This document shows, in pieces, positions 26,601-39,500 of a stretch of 64,000 bases of DNA. The DNA is taken from the NCBI GenBank assembly GCA_047967505.1, contig CM106538.1, one strand, 5' to 3'. A program made the translations under genes and the position numbers. The notes under the pieces were generated by a model. The model worked only from the letters and a program-made list of their open reading frames with translations, made no database searches and was not told where the DNA came from. How positions within the stretch are numbered: position 1 is the stretch's first letter; every line of letters begins with the position of its first letter. This stretch comes from Dipteris shenzhenensis (lineage: Eukaryota).

Positions 26601-28391
26601 CTTTTGAAACATACAATAGTTCTTAACCTATGCTTTCCTGAAATGTAGATCATCTCCTTCCATAATCTCACTTGCTCCAACCTTAATTCTTCAAGCCTTA
26701 GTCTTCAACCTTCAAAGTTCACTTAGCAATTGATACATGGCCATATAGAACAATATTTGTAAGAAATGGATCCTACAAGAACCATAGCTAGGCAAAAGAA
26801 GAAAAAGGCCAACAATGAGGGAAACCTACAAAAAGAAGAAAGAGCTTTGCTGAATAAGCTAATTAGAGATTTCATGTCAATCTTTATAAGTACTTGTCTT
26901 GAAGTGAGATGGAGAGGATCACACAGTGATCTATTTGTAATTATTACAAGGCAGATATGGCAACGAGTATCTAGGTGAGAAGGTGCAAGGTATCCAAAAG
27001 TTATGTCCAAAGATACTAGGTCCATATTATGCTAGCTAAACCACTCGATAGGAAATGGTTTATGGAGGCCTACAATTTTGACTATGGAAAATATTATTCT
27101 CTTTCTAGAACGAGGAAAATAGGTATGATATGGAAAGAAAAGAAAGGGTTACATGATAGAAAAGCTTGCTAGAAATTGCATCATAAATATGTCAACATGT
27201 GAAGCACATAGGTCACCATATTATGTTAACATGCTAGATATATATCTTATGGTTTGCAAATCGTAGCAAAAAACCTACTTCCATGAAATATCTTAGTTGG
27301 GATTCAGAGAAATATACCATTTCGAAAGAGTGTGGCATTCAATCATGATGAATCTATTGGAAGATCAATTCATAGCTTATGAAAAATGAAAATGAAAGAG
27401 AGCATAAAAATGATAGAGGGATAAAGAACCACAAAAAGGAGAAAAAATATACAAGGGAAAAAGGTGCAAAGAGTGTCAACAAGGTTCTTGATAGTAGCTT
27501 GGCCATTGCTCCACCTTTTAGATATGAAGAAAAGCTTATCACCCATGACATTGAAATGAGGATTTAGATGTCTAACAATGCAATAGATGAAAATTTAGGA
27601 CATGTTTTTTGAGGATTAGCCAGCCACTTACGTTATCAATTTCCATTTCTCCAAAGTCTCGTTGAAGGATAAGAAACGCAAAAATTCCCTTTCACATGTG
27701 CATGGATGGGACGTGCATGGAAAAGGATTCAGGAAACCCAGAAAAAAAGAAATCAATGAGTATCTTTACCTTATAGAAAGTGGAGAATACAGGGGCAATG
27801 AGATGGAACTTGCAAATCTACTTTCTTAAGGAGAATATTGAATATCTGAGTCTTGAACCGAAAGAGCCCTAACACCATTTTGTACTAATAACCGGAGCTT
27901 TATATTGTCAAAAATCCAACATTCATGCTCATTAAAATTCAGGAGTTCAACATCGCTTTATGCATGAACATAGCTTGGCTGCCTCACAATACTAACCAGT
28001 AGCATGCTTGAACACAGCAGAGAAGCTAGTGACGTTCCAACACAACTCGGTATCAACCCACTATGGCAGGTAGAACAACAGATATAATGTCCACTTTACA
28101 GACACAGGCAATTCTCACAAGGCATCCTCGAATGTTCTATAGGTGAGTTGGAAATTCGAAATAATAAGCGAATCTTTGGTTGATGAATAGCTATGCCGCT
28201 TGAAATGATAAGAAAACCGCTCAAAATTCCTGGAGTACTCTATATGCCTGCAGAGCAGGTAATAGTAACGATTGGTAGCAATGGACGGCGGATAGACGTA
28301 GGTGAAGGAGCATGCTCTTAGACCGCACATTTGATAGTAAGGAGATCCGAACGATATCGCTTCATCTATACCGAAGTACGTTGATTGTGAT

Positions 28392-30110
28392 TCACGGAAG
28401 AACAGGCCCGCATGATAAGGCCATCAACAAAACAGCTGCTTCCTCCTCGTCCATCGCAAACACGCTTGTCAGCCTGCCCTGCTGTTGCAGCAACGCTAGC
28501 TTTGCAGCAGCTCCTTTCCGCCTCGAGCTCGCATTAGGCATGTTTAGAGGACTCCGTTTCCGGGGTGAAGGTGTCCCTGGTGAAGTCAGGCAGCTCTCAG
28601 TGTCTTCGACCTTGGGGATAAGGTTCCTCCTCACCACCATCAATGCTGGCCATTTACCTTTTCTGAGGCGTTGACGAGACCGACCGTTAACTATCTCCTC
28701 TTGATCTTCTGGTACCTTCCGCTTTGTAGGGCGGCTGGAAAATTTACCCGGTGTTGGAGTTCTGGGGGGAGAGACTTGGAGATCAGGATAACCATTAGCA
28801 GCTTGCGATCTTCTGGCTTTCTTGTACCGGATCCCGCACGCGTTGCAGAGAGACTGAAAAATGTAGACTTGCGTTAACATCACACGACTGCCAAATATCG
28901 TAAAGAGAAGCAACTTCGGGAAATAGCAAACGACATGCACATGCATAAGACGCAGACCTTGGGACCCTGAGGGCCACTCCTCCACAGAGGAGTCTTGGTT
29001 GTTCCACACAGCTTGCAAGATCTTAACGAATTACGACAAGTTGTCGATAGGGGGGCCTCGGCCGATGTGAGCTCTTCGCTTCTTTCGACAGGGGGCCTCC
29101 TCCACATAAGAACTTCGTTGTGCTCATCGAAGCGTCTGGGCTGCGACGAAGTGACACAAGTATCGCAACCGTTTCTTTCGCCAAGACTATCCTGTGATCC
29201 GGAAATGTTTGATTCAGCTGGTTTTGCGAGCTTGTAGCCACTCCCCTGCAGCCACAGAGAGCGCATAAATGAGTTTGATGGACAGTGGCTCTGTGAACTA
29301 TTACAATTGACAGAAATTAACAGGCATTACCAAAGGTGAAGTTTTTGGATACGGTTCTGACTTGACGCAAGACTCAGAGGCCATGGACGATCTGTCATCT
29401 TCCGTAGCCACGTGAACACAACCTGTGAACGATGCCCGACTTTTCTTAACGCTGCACGCCACAGCAGCATGAAGCTTATCCTTCTGGGATAAATCGAGCT
29501 CAGCCTCCGAATGGAAATTATCCGGGGAAGAAATCTCAGAACCATTAGCAGGCAAACCGGGCCTGTGATCAGATGGAGAGGGGCACGGAAACAATGACTC
29601 AGACAAGTCGCTGCCTTGTCTTCCGAGTTGTAGGTCATTAGGCCTGTTTTGGGCATCCATAGAATCTCTGTTAACAGAAGGCACCCCAGCTATTTCGCTA
29701 AACGCATCCCGTCGAAGATGATCAAGTGCTTCGGCAGAAGTGTTGACGCCAACGTTGCCGATTAACGGTCCTTCGGATCCGGCAACACCTGCGACGTCGT
29801 GACTATCTTGTAAAGTCCAGTGTGCACGCGATGGAGGTGATGTTTCTGACGGAGCGATCCTAAAATCGGCGCTTATGCTGAGTGATGCACTATTCGACCC
29901 CTTAACAGAGGCAGCTAACAGGGAGCTTCCTGAGGCGGATGAGAGGCTATAATTATCTTGCTTCTCCATGCGTGTTTGCACGAGGGCGAGGTTTTTGCAC
30001 AAACTCTGAGTATCCGCCCCGCTCAAGTGCAGTGGCGTCGACAACATGATCAACCTTTTATGGGAAAGATCAACGCCACTTACAGAGGGCGCAACTGTTA
30101 AAGCTCTCAT
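28392..30110 (-). CDS. LLM-domain B-class GATA zinc-finger transcription factor (GNC/GNL-related), about 509 aa
   Basis: Exons 30110-29331, 29245-28958 and 28853-28392, with phase-0 GT-AG introns. Zinc finger CKLCGTTKTPLWRSGPQGPK|SLCNAC (CX2CX18CX2C) followed by GIRYKK; C-terminal EEEAAVLLMALSCG is the LLM domain. The start codon is uncertain (alternatives near 30047 and 29969). Confidence 0.93.
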
Positions 30111-30701
30111 AGCCTGGGTAAGCGGCTAGAACAAGGAGCTCATCAGTGACACTTCTGCTGAGACTCGGGAATATCGGATGTAGCTCGCTCGCTCACTTTT
30201 GTCGAAGCTTCAGATGAGCTTCCTTAGATGTCATTGAATGGATAGGTCCAAATCAAGCAAGATGAGGCCAAAGAGCTAGAGGGCAGGAAAGGGAGGGTTA
30301 GAATCAGTCCCGGATGAAGCAGAGCTGACTGATGAGGGAGAGGAAAAGGGATGTGGGGAGGCTAAGAAAACGTTCGAGGTACCTACGCAGGAAGTGAAAT
30401 CAGACCTGCAAAGCTACAGGGAAAGAGAGGACACACTCGAAGCCCGAGAAGGGGTATAGAGCTACAGAAAACTGATTGGAGTGAGCCGCAATGGATAGAG
30501 AAATTGCGCTTGTATGGAAGGCAGAGATGAATAAGAAGGCTAGAGGAGAGACCAAAACCTATTGGAGATCGGGATTTAAGCGGCTGAGAGTGGTTTAGGG
30601 TTTTGGAAAACGGCCTTGGCGGAAGAAGATAAGCCTCTGGTGGATACGGCCGCGCAGCCGAAATTGTGGAGCTCGTGCACCCTCCATTATTATCGCATAC
30701 A

Positions 30702-30970
30702 ATTGCAATTTATCTATTTTTGCATGGCCGCCTACGTCCCCTTGGTTATTATTTCCTACTCGTACAATCCTTGATTATTTCCTTCAATCTATCTCACAAC
30801 AATTTGCACCATAATCCTTGATTATTTCCTGCAGTCAAGGGGGTCATCGGGATCATGGAACTCATATCTCATACATCATGATGCAAGGGGGACGTCATAT
30901 ATGATGCATTATGATGGGAAATAATCAAGGGGCACCCCCTTCAGCCATGCAAAGATAATATAGTTGCAAT
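30702..30970. mobile_element. MITE-like inverted-repeat element upstream of the GATA gene
   Basis: attgcaatttatctatttttgcatggc pairs imperfectly with gccatgcaaagataatatagttgcaat; ccttgattatttcc pairs with ggaaataatcaagg. Confidence 0.6.
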
Positions 30971-32529
30971 CTTTTCATTTTTCATGGCCGCCTAAGTCCT
31001 CGATTATTTGCTAATGTGTCACTCTGCCCAAATTGAATTGATCTATCTTCCAGGCTAACTTTACAAAAGAGGCTATGTTTCGACATGTGAAGATTTCGTT
31101 ACGTGCTCAAAAGTTCGAAGTGTGCCCGGTGGCCTTTAGGGCCTTCGATGTTGCAGTGTGGTCTCAACTAAAAATGTTGTCTTTTTCTCTTTTGATTTTT
31201 TTCCCCTTAGTATAATCACCCTTTCTGTTGTGCAACCAAAAAAAACTTATTGTCGCTCTACTTCGGTTCTTCTTGGTGCACTTAGATTTGAGCAAAAAAT
31301 AAGCTTGAACACAAGCCCCCACATGAACTATAAATCAACAACAAGTATATGCCATAATGCACAGCTTAATGAATGTCCCTATTATCCCTGTTGCTCCTAG
31401 TGCAATGGGATTCAAGCAAAAACAAGCGTACAAGCAAGCAGTATGAGCCCAGAGTCTAGATATGAGCAGTAAACAACAATGACCCATCAACAAGTAAACA
31501 ACACTCCATGAATAACGGCAACCAAATGTAAAAAGAATACCAAACACCAATTATAAGGACTAAGGATCTCAAAAGATCCATGTGCTGAGTAAATAGAAAC
31601 AACTAGCTGCCCACAGCAACCAGTTCCATGCAGTCATGTTTATTGCTAAACTAATTGAAGAAACTAGGGGACTTGTTCTATAAAGCACACTTCCTCTTTT
31701 CAATAAATGGTCTCTTTATTTTCATAATGTCAAAGTCTAAGTATCTAGTTTAAGTGTCTCCTTGCATATCCAATACACTTGAAGAATCCTACATATTAGA
31801 ACATGCCAATCAATGTATGATCTATATACGTATTAGGAACAATACAATTGCAACAAAGTGAGCTTGAAGTCAAATACTAGAAATGAGAGTGCATGCTATA
31901 CTAGAGTACATCAATGCACAAATATAAAGATGATCCAAAATACATGTATGTTATATTTGTGTGGCGGGAAAGGTGGCATCCTTCCTCCCCAAAAATTATA
32001 AGTCTAAGGAATATCCCCTCCTTGGACATGTAGAACCTTGGATATGCTCTCTTGCAACATAATCTCGTATGGAATGAGCAATGTAGAAGTAAAGTTTACC
32101 TTTGATCTAGGATGTAGAGTTTGCAACATAAGGGTCAACATAAGGGTTATCCTAGAATATAAGTATAGATACAAATATAAAAGGTGTGCGCATATGTGTG
32201 TGTGTTTGTATGTCACAAAAAATGAATTTGAATACAATAATAACATCTCATAGATCCTAACATTGTTGACCTTGCAGAGCAATAGCAGCTCAGGTGTTGG
32301 GCATTTGCCTACTTGATCTGCCTGCCCATGTTCGATTCCCTTAAGAAGGCCCTTGTTAGGTAAAAGCAATTGTCGGTATAACCATGGATAAAAGCATTGA
32401 TTTGGACCCAAAAAAAGCATGAATAAAATCATCAAAACAATTTTTGGAAACATTATGATGTTTATATGGATGGTATGGAAGCATTTTTAACACTTATATC
32501 AATGGCTTTTTTAGTGGTCTTTTTCCTAA

Positions 32530-33550
32530 AGAGGTTAGGTCCCTAGTGCAATGTTGTCCATTATTTATTCTCTCTTCTACTTTGGGCAAACTACATCCTC
32601 TCCAACCCATTGTTGGGGAGGAGAGAATAAACAAAGTGCCACTGTTTATTCTCTCTTCTACATTGCACAAACCACATCCTCTCCAACCCACCTCCCTCCA
32701 TACATCACACCCCCCCCTCCAATATCTTGTCTTCCTTCTACTTTGAAGACAAGAGTTGGGCGTGCAAACACTGAAGCTTGGATGAATCCACTCCAAATAT
32801 CATAAGAGGTAAGACTTCTTTCATTGTAGTGTGTTCATGAGCGAAGTGAGCTCCCCACAACCGAATGATTGTATGAAGAAGCCGAGCACGAGTTAGAGGT
32901 GGGTTCATGAGGTACACAAGAACGTACACAAGAACATACCATGCAAGAGTACGACAACAAGAGGTGATATGGTCTGAGCAATGTAGTGTGTTCATGAGCG
33001 AAGTGAGCTCCCCACAACCGAATGATTGTACGACACCACCAAAAACTATTGCTCAGACCATATCAATGGAAGCAAAAGAGAAAATCAAAGTGTGGGTGGT
33101 CGTGGTGTCACCATGTACGGATGTAGATAGGAGATCAACGCATGCAAAACTTGTAAAAACTCAATGGTAGCAAGTCAAGACAGTAAGGGGGAGGGCGACT
33201 TCAACATCTGAGATAGCATCGGTAAAGGAGTAGTCAGGTGCACTTGAGAAATTAAGGGTGCACTGACAAGATGAGCCGATGAAGCAAGGCAACGCTTAAG
33301 GGTGCACTAGTAGAGAATCAAGTTGGGCCAACCGATAGCCGTCAAGGGGGGTACACTGATGAGAGAAGCCATTAGAAAGCTAAGACAATCCATGAAGGTA
33401 GCATAGGGGGAGTAGGGAGTAAAAGGAGAGGACCTAAGAGGAATATCCATCATGAACCAACTCACGGGGAGGTAGGAGGAAATTGAGAGAAGAGGGAATT
33501 GAGGAGCATCATGAAAGTTCGGATCGGTCAGCATCAAGTGCGATCAGTCA
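32530..33550 (-). mobile_element. 3' end of an LTR retrotransposon (PPT plus LTR start) with internal duplications
   Basis: Minus strand ggaggggggg then TGTGATG at about 32710; a ~48-bp repeat at about 32826 and 32982; a ~45-bp repeat at about 32562 and 32646. Confidence 0.5.
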
Positions 33551-34028
33551 GCTAAGGACCAGGAGAGTTCCATACCTCCCAAACTAAGACACCTCTAAAA
33601 TAAGTAAAATTTCATCACTTTTCCACCCAACTCCACATGGTCATCATTATGACTATTGATCACAATATTAATCCCCACGTTTTATCTAAAAGATCATTAA
33701 ATTGTTATCCACCATATTCTAGAGCATTGTAAATCAAAACTTATCAATATTATAAGTATCCAAAGAGCAATTATAAATCCAAAACCCATAAATGGAAAAT
33801 TATAAGAGGAGCAATTATTATACAAGAGCTAATATAATTACATATGACAATTACAAAGAGAGAAAATAAATAAATATAGAAGGGAAGTTTAGTACAATAG
33901 CAAATACAATACCAATGAGATAAGGTCGCGAGGTAGAATAGAAGTAAAATAAGGAAAAATTAGAGTAATTCCTACATGGGAGCGAAAATTTATTGTAGCA
34001 CCTAAATGTGAGTGTGTCAAAGAAATTG

Positions 34029-34034
<6 letters not shown>

Positions 34035-34086
<52 letters not shown>

Positions 34087-34286
34087 ACACACACACACAC
34101 ACACACGTGTGCATGCACAAAGCCTAGGCCAAAAATCTATCGTCTAAAAAGTGTCCAAAAGAATGAGATTTGCAGGGTTGGGAATTTCCCAACCTTCCAA
34201 ATCATGTTCTTTTGTACACTCTTTAGTGTTTCTTATTTTGAAGCAGAGGTGCATCCTTAAGAGCATGAGGAGGGGAAGGGAAGGAG

Positions 34287-34348
<62 letters not shown>
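34035..34348. repeat. (GA)n(CA)n and (GA)n microsatellites flanking an ~80-bp palindrome
   Basis: Runs at about 34035-34106 and 34290-34348; imperfect palindrome at 34144-34226. Confidence 0.9.
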
Positions 34349-34352
<4 letters not shown>

Positions 34353-34401
34353 TAGGACTTATTTTTTATGTTCTTCAATGTGCAATTTAGCATCAATTCC
34401 A

Positions 34402-34920
34402 ATGGCAAGGAAAAAGGCTACTACCAGGAAAAAGGACAAGGATCTACCCATAGCAAAATGGCAGCATCAAAAGGACGAGTCACTCATCCAAGAAAAGGAA
34501 AGCCAATGCATCTTCTCAAACAAGAGAAAAAAAAGATTTACACAAAAGCTCAGTGTACTAAGGGAGATAAGAAGGGTTCAGAAAGCCATGAAAATGTGTA
34601 TTCCCAAGGCACCTTTTTTAAGGCTAGCTAAGCCGGTTTGTGACGATATGAGATTTGGGAGCCTTGGATATCGATAGCAAAGAACGATAATATGGGCATT
34701 GCAAGTGAGTGCTAAAGACTTTTTCAAAGAGTTTTTTTAGGATACATTTCTTCTTGCATCCCACTACCATAGGGTGACAATCATGGAAAAGGATATGACA
34801 ACTTTAAAGATGGTGAGATGGAGATATAACAAACTCCTCAAGGCTATACATATGACAAACATCAAGATGAGTGACATTTTGCTGATACCATCTACACAAA
34901 CGCCAAAACAAAATGAGTAA
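34402..34920 (+). pseudogene. Divergent histone H3 / CENH3-like pseudogene with C-terminal extension
   Basis: MARKKATTRK...VLREIRRVQKAMKMCIPKAPFLRLAKPVCDDMRFGSLGYR*QRTIIWALQVSAKDFFKEFF*DTFLLASHYHRVTIMEKDM, a complete H3 fold in one frame with two in-frame TAG stops (34675, 34738). Confidence 0.85.
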
Positions 34921-35199
34921 AGATAGAGGGAGTGACTAATGGAAAAGAAATAAGGGCAAAAATAGCCTTCGAGGAATCCCAAAAGGAAAAATTGAAGGAC
35001 ACCGACATCCTCATGGGATCCTCGCTCACGTACATGGACAAATGGCAAGAAACTTACAGGGTTAGTCTTTATTGGCATAGTCTCTCAAGCTTTGGTTATG
35101 AGCTACTGTGTCGCCACTTGAGATGTTAGCTCAGAGCCCGTCACTAGCCCATCATTTTCTCCTACTGTTGTGTATCGCTCTGATCACTCTACCTTTGCT

Positions 35200-36100
35200 T
35201 AGCTTATGGAGACACACTAGCCCTTGAAATACAGTCGAACAATCATGTTATGCGCTAAACACGAGGCTACTACCATCGAGCTATATAGTGCCAAAGTATG
35301 ATAATGGAAATAAGTGGACTTCATGAAAGCGTGCATTATGGGAGGGAGAACATCTGAAAAATACCACATACAAACACCTCATATCTTCCACCAATATAGA
35401 TATTGCAAAACTAGAATTACAAGTTTTGGAGTGTCTACATACACTAGGACCTACTGTAGATATATGTTTTGAGGATGGGGACTCATTAAGAGAGTTTAAC
35501 CTAATAGACAATTGTATGAATGCAAGCAAAAATTGAGCAGGAGAAGTTACCAACATAATCATCCTTGTAGGACTCTAGTAAGTTTTTATTGACAATCAAT
35601 TATTTTGAATACTATTCTAGACTACTCTGTTGATTTGCAGCTTACTCAAAAAAAGGTTACATGGACAATAACAAGATTTTGTACATATCATGGACCTAGT
35701 TATCTCCAAGTTAAGGGATCCCAAGGAGCCAATGGACTAGATTGCAAAGTGGTTCACAGCTTGCAAATTCCAATCTGTGTGCCTTATTGTCATCCCTTAC
35801 CATTCAAAGTAAGTGATTATTCAGGTACATTGCATAAGGAGCTAAATTGTTCTTTTGAATCCACAAGTTTTAATCTTTATAAGAATTGTCAAATCTAGAT
35901 GACATTGGAGTTTAGCTACAATATGTTTGCCAACAAAAGCATGTTTCTGCTTCAATTTAGTTACTATTCAGGTAATGTGATGATGTGAAACTACATGTGA
36001 GCAAAGGGACTGATGACTCTGAGTAAGGACTATTTAGGAATTTTTTGGCATGGCTTCGATTGGCTACTTTGGAGTTCTCTCTACTATGGATGATCTAATC
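35200..36100 (+). pseudogene. Ulp1/C48-like cysteine protease fragment (spliced, degenerate)
   Basis: CLIVIPYHSK, then a GT-AG intron at 35809-35898, then *HWSLATICLPTKACFCFN, fitting IP.....HW.L.......D of Ulp1 proteases. The catalytic Cys motif was not seen. Confidence 0.5.
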
Positions 36101-37499
36101 TATTCTAAACTAGATCTAGACCAATAATCGAGCAATGTAAAAGTAGCAAATAATTCCTTTTCTTTGTTCGTTTTAGGTGATGGGTCAGATGCGTCGATGT
36201 GGAGGTTGATGTGCATGCAAGAAGTGGATTTGTCATCAAGGCTCAAAAGTGTGTGATACTTGCATAAAATGTGCACATGATGTGATGAGCGTGTAGAGCA
36301 CAAAAAATCAAGTATTTTTCCTTTTTGGAGTGCCCTCAAGTTCTTCCCAGATCAAGAGATACGACTTGATCTAGGTGGAGGGGCAAAAAGAGTGCTAGTG
36401 ATGATGTGGCACTCAAGGTCACATGCACGGGTGTGCCTGCCAAGGGATGTGCCAATGGAGTAGTGATGGCGTGGTAGCTAGGTGTAGTGCCAATGTGCTA
36501 GTGGAGAGGTAACTGTGCCTAGCAGGGGGTCAGTGCCATGTGGTAGATGCTGAGTTGGCAGCTCAAGTGACAAGCTGATTGGACTTGTTAATGTGGCAGT
36601 GATGTTAGCTGATGATGTGGCCTGGGTGACTATGCAAGCTGACATGGCAGGTGGACACCACGTGGCAGATAAGTATGCCATGTGTCCTTGATGATGTGTT
36701 AGATAGGGTTTCCCTTGATGGAGCCATGTGTCATTATTAGGATTATCCCACGTGTCGAGCTTCGATGGAGATAATAATTGACAGAATCTAAAATATTCCA
36801 TACAAAATCTTTTTCAGATTCTAATGACATAAATAATTCCGTTGCTACGTGTAGAACCCCATGGAGGCATCGATAGTTAGATGCCACCTAAGTTGGCCTC
36901 GTTTGGATGCTAGAGCTCGTATGTTGTGGCATTGGTCATGTAGGATAGGTCAGTTGACTAGTGCTATGGTTGCAAGATGCTACGGCTTGATGCAAAGGCT
37001 CGTTGAGGCACCATTGTGAACTCATCTAGTTGCCATAGAGGTCATTGTGAGGCTTGTTGGCATTGTAGAATTTTGGCTGTCGGGAGCCTGAGTCATCGCT
37101 TGGAGTGGTTGTAGAAAGTTGATGTAGTGACAGGAGTCTGTTGTTTGGATCGGCTATAGTGTTGAGCTCTATGTTGGCATGGGTGATGGCTATGTTGCAG
37201 CTCCGTTGATGATGGCAGCATCAGTGAGTCTTGGGAGCAAGTCTTGTAGTTGTCGAGTTTATAGGAATGACGGTTGCTAAAGCTGTGAGGTCACTGCCTT
37301 GTGAAGTAGCTCGAGTGCTAGAGCCGATAGGAGCTATTGTAGCATTTCCCACAACTAGAGGTCCAGTTGGAGGAGTCGTTGGTGGGCTTGTGGTGTTGCA
37401 AGGAGCTTGTTGGAGTGAGTTGTGAACCTCTATGTCTTTGCTAGCACTGTGCTTGTGAGCCTTAGTCGTTAGCTACCTTGTTGAGGCTTAATCATCATA

Positions 37500-39500
37500 G
37501 GTTCAAATGGACTACACAGTTTTAAGTTTGATACGAGAGACATAGGAGATATCCACTATGTCCTTGGCATGGAAAAATGAAAATGGCATTATGTTGACAT
37601 GGGGAAAATGCTTCCAATTTGTTTTGAAGTAAATTTAGATGTATGATTGCAAAGCCTTGCTAACTCCCATGTAATCCAACAATAAATTGTCCACTTACTA
37701 TTGTTACAAATCCTCTTCACTATTGATATTTCACTGGTAGGTTGATCTACTTGAAAATAACATAGTTAGACACTTCATATACAACTGGTTTCCTCAATCA
37801 ACTCATGAAGGACCAAATAATTCTTCTCTTGATGTAGCAAGAATTTTTGTGAATTAGCCAAATGATAATTATAGAGTCATTTTTGAGGGAGATGATTCGA
37901 GACAACAAGCCAGAGAAAATTAGCTAAATGAAAAAGTCTAAAAGAAGGAGTCTTATTCAAAATGCTAGGTTCAATGCCAAACTTACATGCATGTCACCAG
38001 AACATCAACTAATGCCACTTTTTGCAATACAAAACATGAGATATGGTCTCGTTAAGTTTGGGAGTTTGATGCAATTGAGAAATTAGAACATAGTTATCAA
38101 CATTCCAAAACTTTAATTCCTTGGGAAATTTTGTGCAGCATCTGCTTTGGTAAAAATTCAAGAGTCAAGGTTAGGAGAAGCACCTATTGAGCAAGAGGTA
38201 TTCTTGACTAGAATAATAAATATGTTTGGGGTTATGCAAAAACCCATACCATGAATGGTTTAGTGTACTACACTTTCATAGATAATGTTGGGTCTATTTT
38301 CTTAAGGAGAAATTTGAAGTCATTTACCATCTTTCAAGAATCTAAGTCATGGTAGAAAACCAGACAAACAAAAATATCAAATCTCTTAGATAATATAGAT
38401 GAGGTGAATGTATGTCTTCCACACTCATGAACTTTTTACAAGGGTAATGGAATTTGTAGACAATTCACATGTGTAGATAATCCTCGATAGAGTGCAGTAG
38501 CCAAAAGGAAGAACATGACTTTAGCCAATAGTGTTGGAAGCAATGCTCACTAAGAAGCATTTTCCAAATCATTTTTGGGAAGAAGCAATCCACATTGCCA
38601 ACTACTTTTTGAATCGACTTATGACAAATTACATTCAAGGTATGAAACCTTATGAGGCATTCAATGGATACAAGCCATGCATTGGGAATCTCCACATATT
38701 CAAATACATAGCCTATGTTCACATAAAGTTCAATGGAAAGTTATGGAAATTCATCATGGTTGTTAGAGATGAGAGAAAAGCATACAAGTGTAATGATTCC
38801 ACTAATCAAAAGATCAATAGAGATGTAGTTTTGATGAAGAATTAAATACACAAGTTATTGTCACACTAATGACTTAAACACATTCAAAGAAGGCTGATGA
38901 AGATGAGCAAGCATTGCCTGAAGATTCCTCAAAAGAGAAACAACTCAAATGGTGTACAAGTCAATAGAGACTACCACCTAGGTGGACATATAATTAGAAT
39001 GGCAAAGAGACTCAATTTTAAAGCACAAATTATGCCCTTATTATTACCCATTGCTACAAAAGAGCCATTGTGCTTTGAAGATGCAATTGACAAGCTAGAA
39101 TGACAGATTTCTAGGAATGAAGAAATGCCTTTTTGTAGAAAAGCAATGCTTTGGATTTATATGACTTGCCACCAAGAAAGAATGCAATTGCTATGAATAA
39201 ACAACTCTTGGGATTTATATGACTTGACACTACGATAGAAGTCAATTGAAAATGAGTGGTGACTTGGTGACATACTCAACATTGTGATGACAGCAAAGAT
39301 GATTTTGTAGATATATTTTACCAAGCCACTTGGGAAAGATATTTTGGAGAAGTTCTTTTTTAACTCAAAGGAAGGATATTCCCATGAAGGTTTTATGATG
39401 AATATAATGTTCAAGTCCTTCATTCTCCATAATCATGATCTTGAGGGAAGGCCTACTTCATAATGTTGATATTGGGGGAAGGTGGTGAGGATTCTTAACA
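37500..39500 (+). mobile_element. Degraded, internally deleted Ty1/copia element
   Basis: Integrase traces NIKSLR, GNGICRQFT, MLTKKHFPNHFWEEAIHIANYFLNR, KPYEA, IAYVH, RDVV; EPLCFEDA; then DIFTKPLG (RNase H end) and a PPT-like gggggaagg at about 39474. Confidence 0.8.

Noticed and set aside
10145-28392. Functional clustering of PHYLLO with a greening-related B-GATA
   Set aside because: They are 18 kb apart, convergent and separated by TEs; nothing in the sequence indicates co-regulation.
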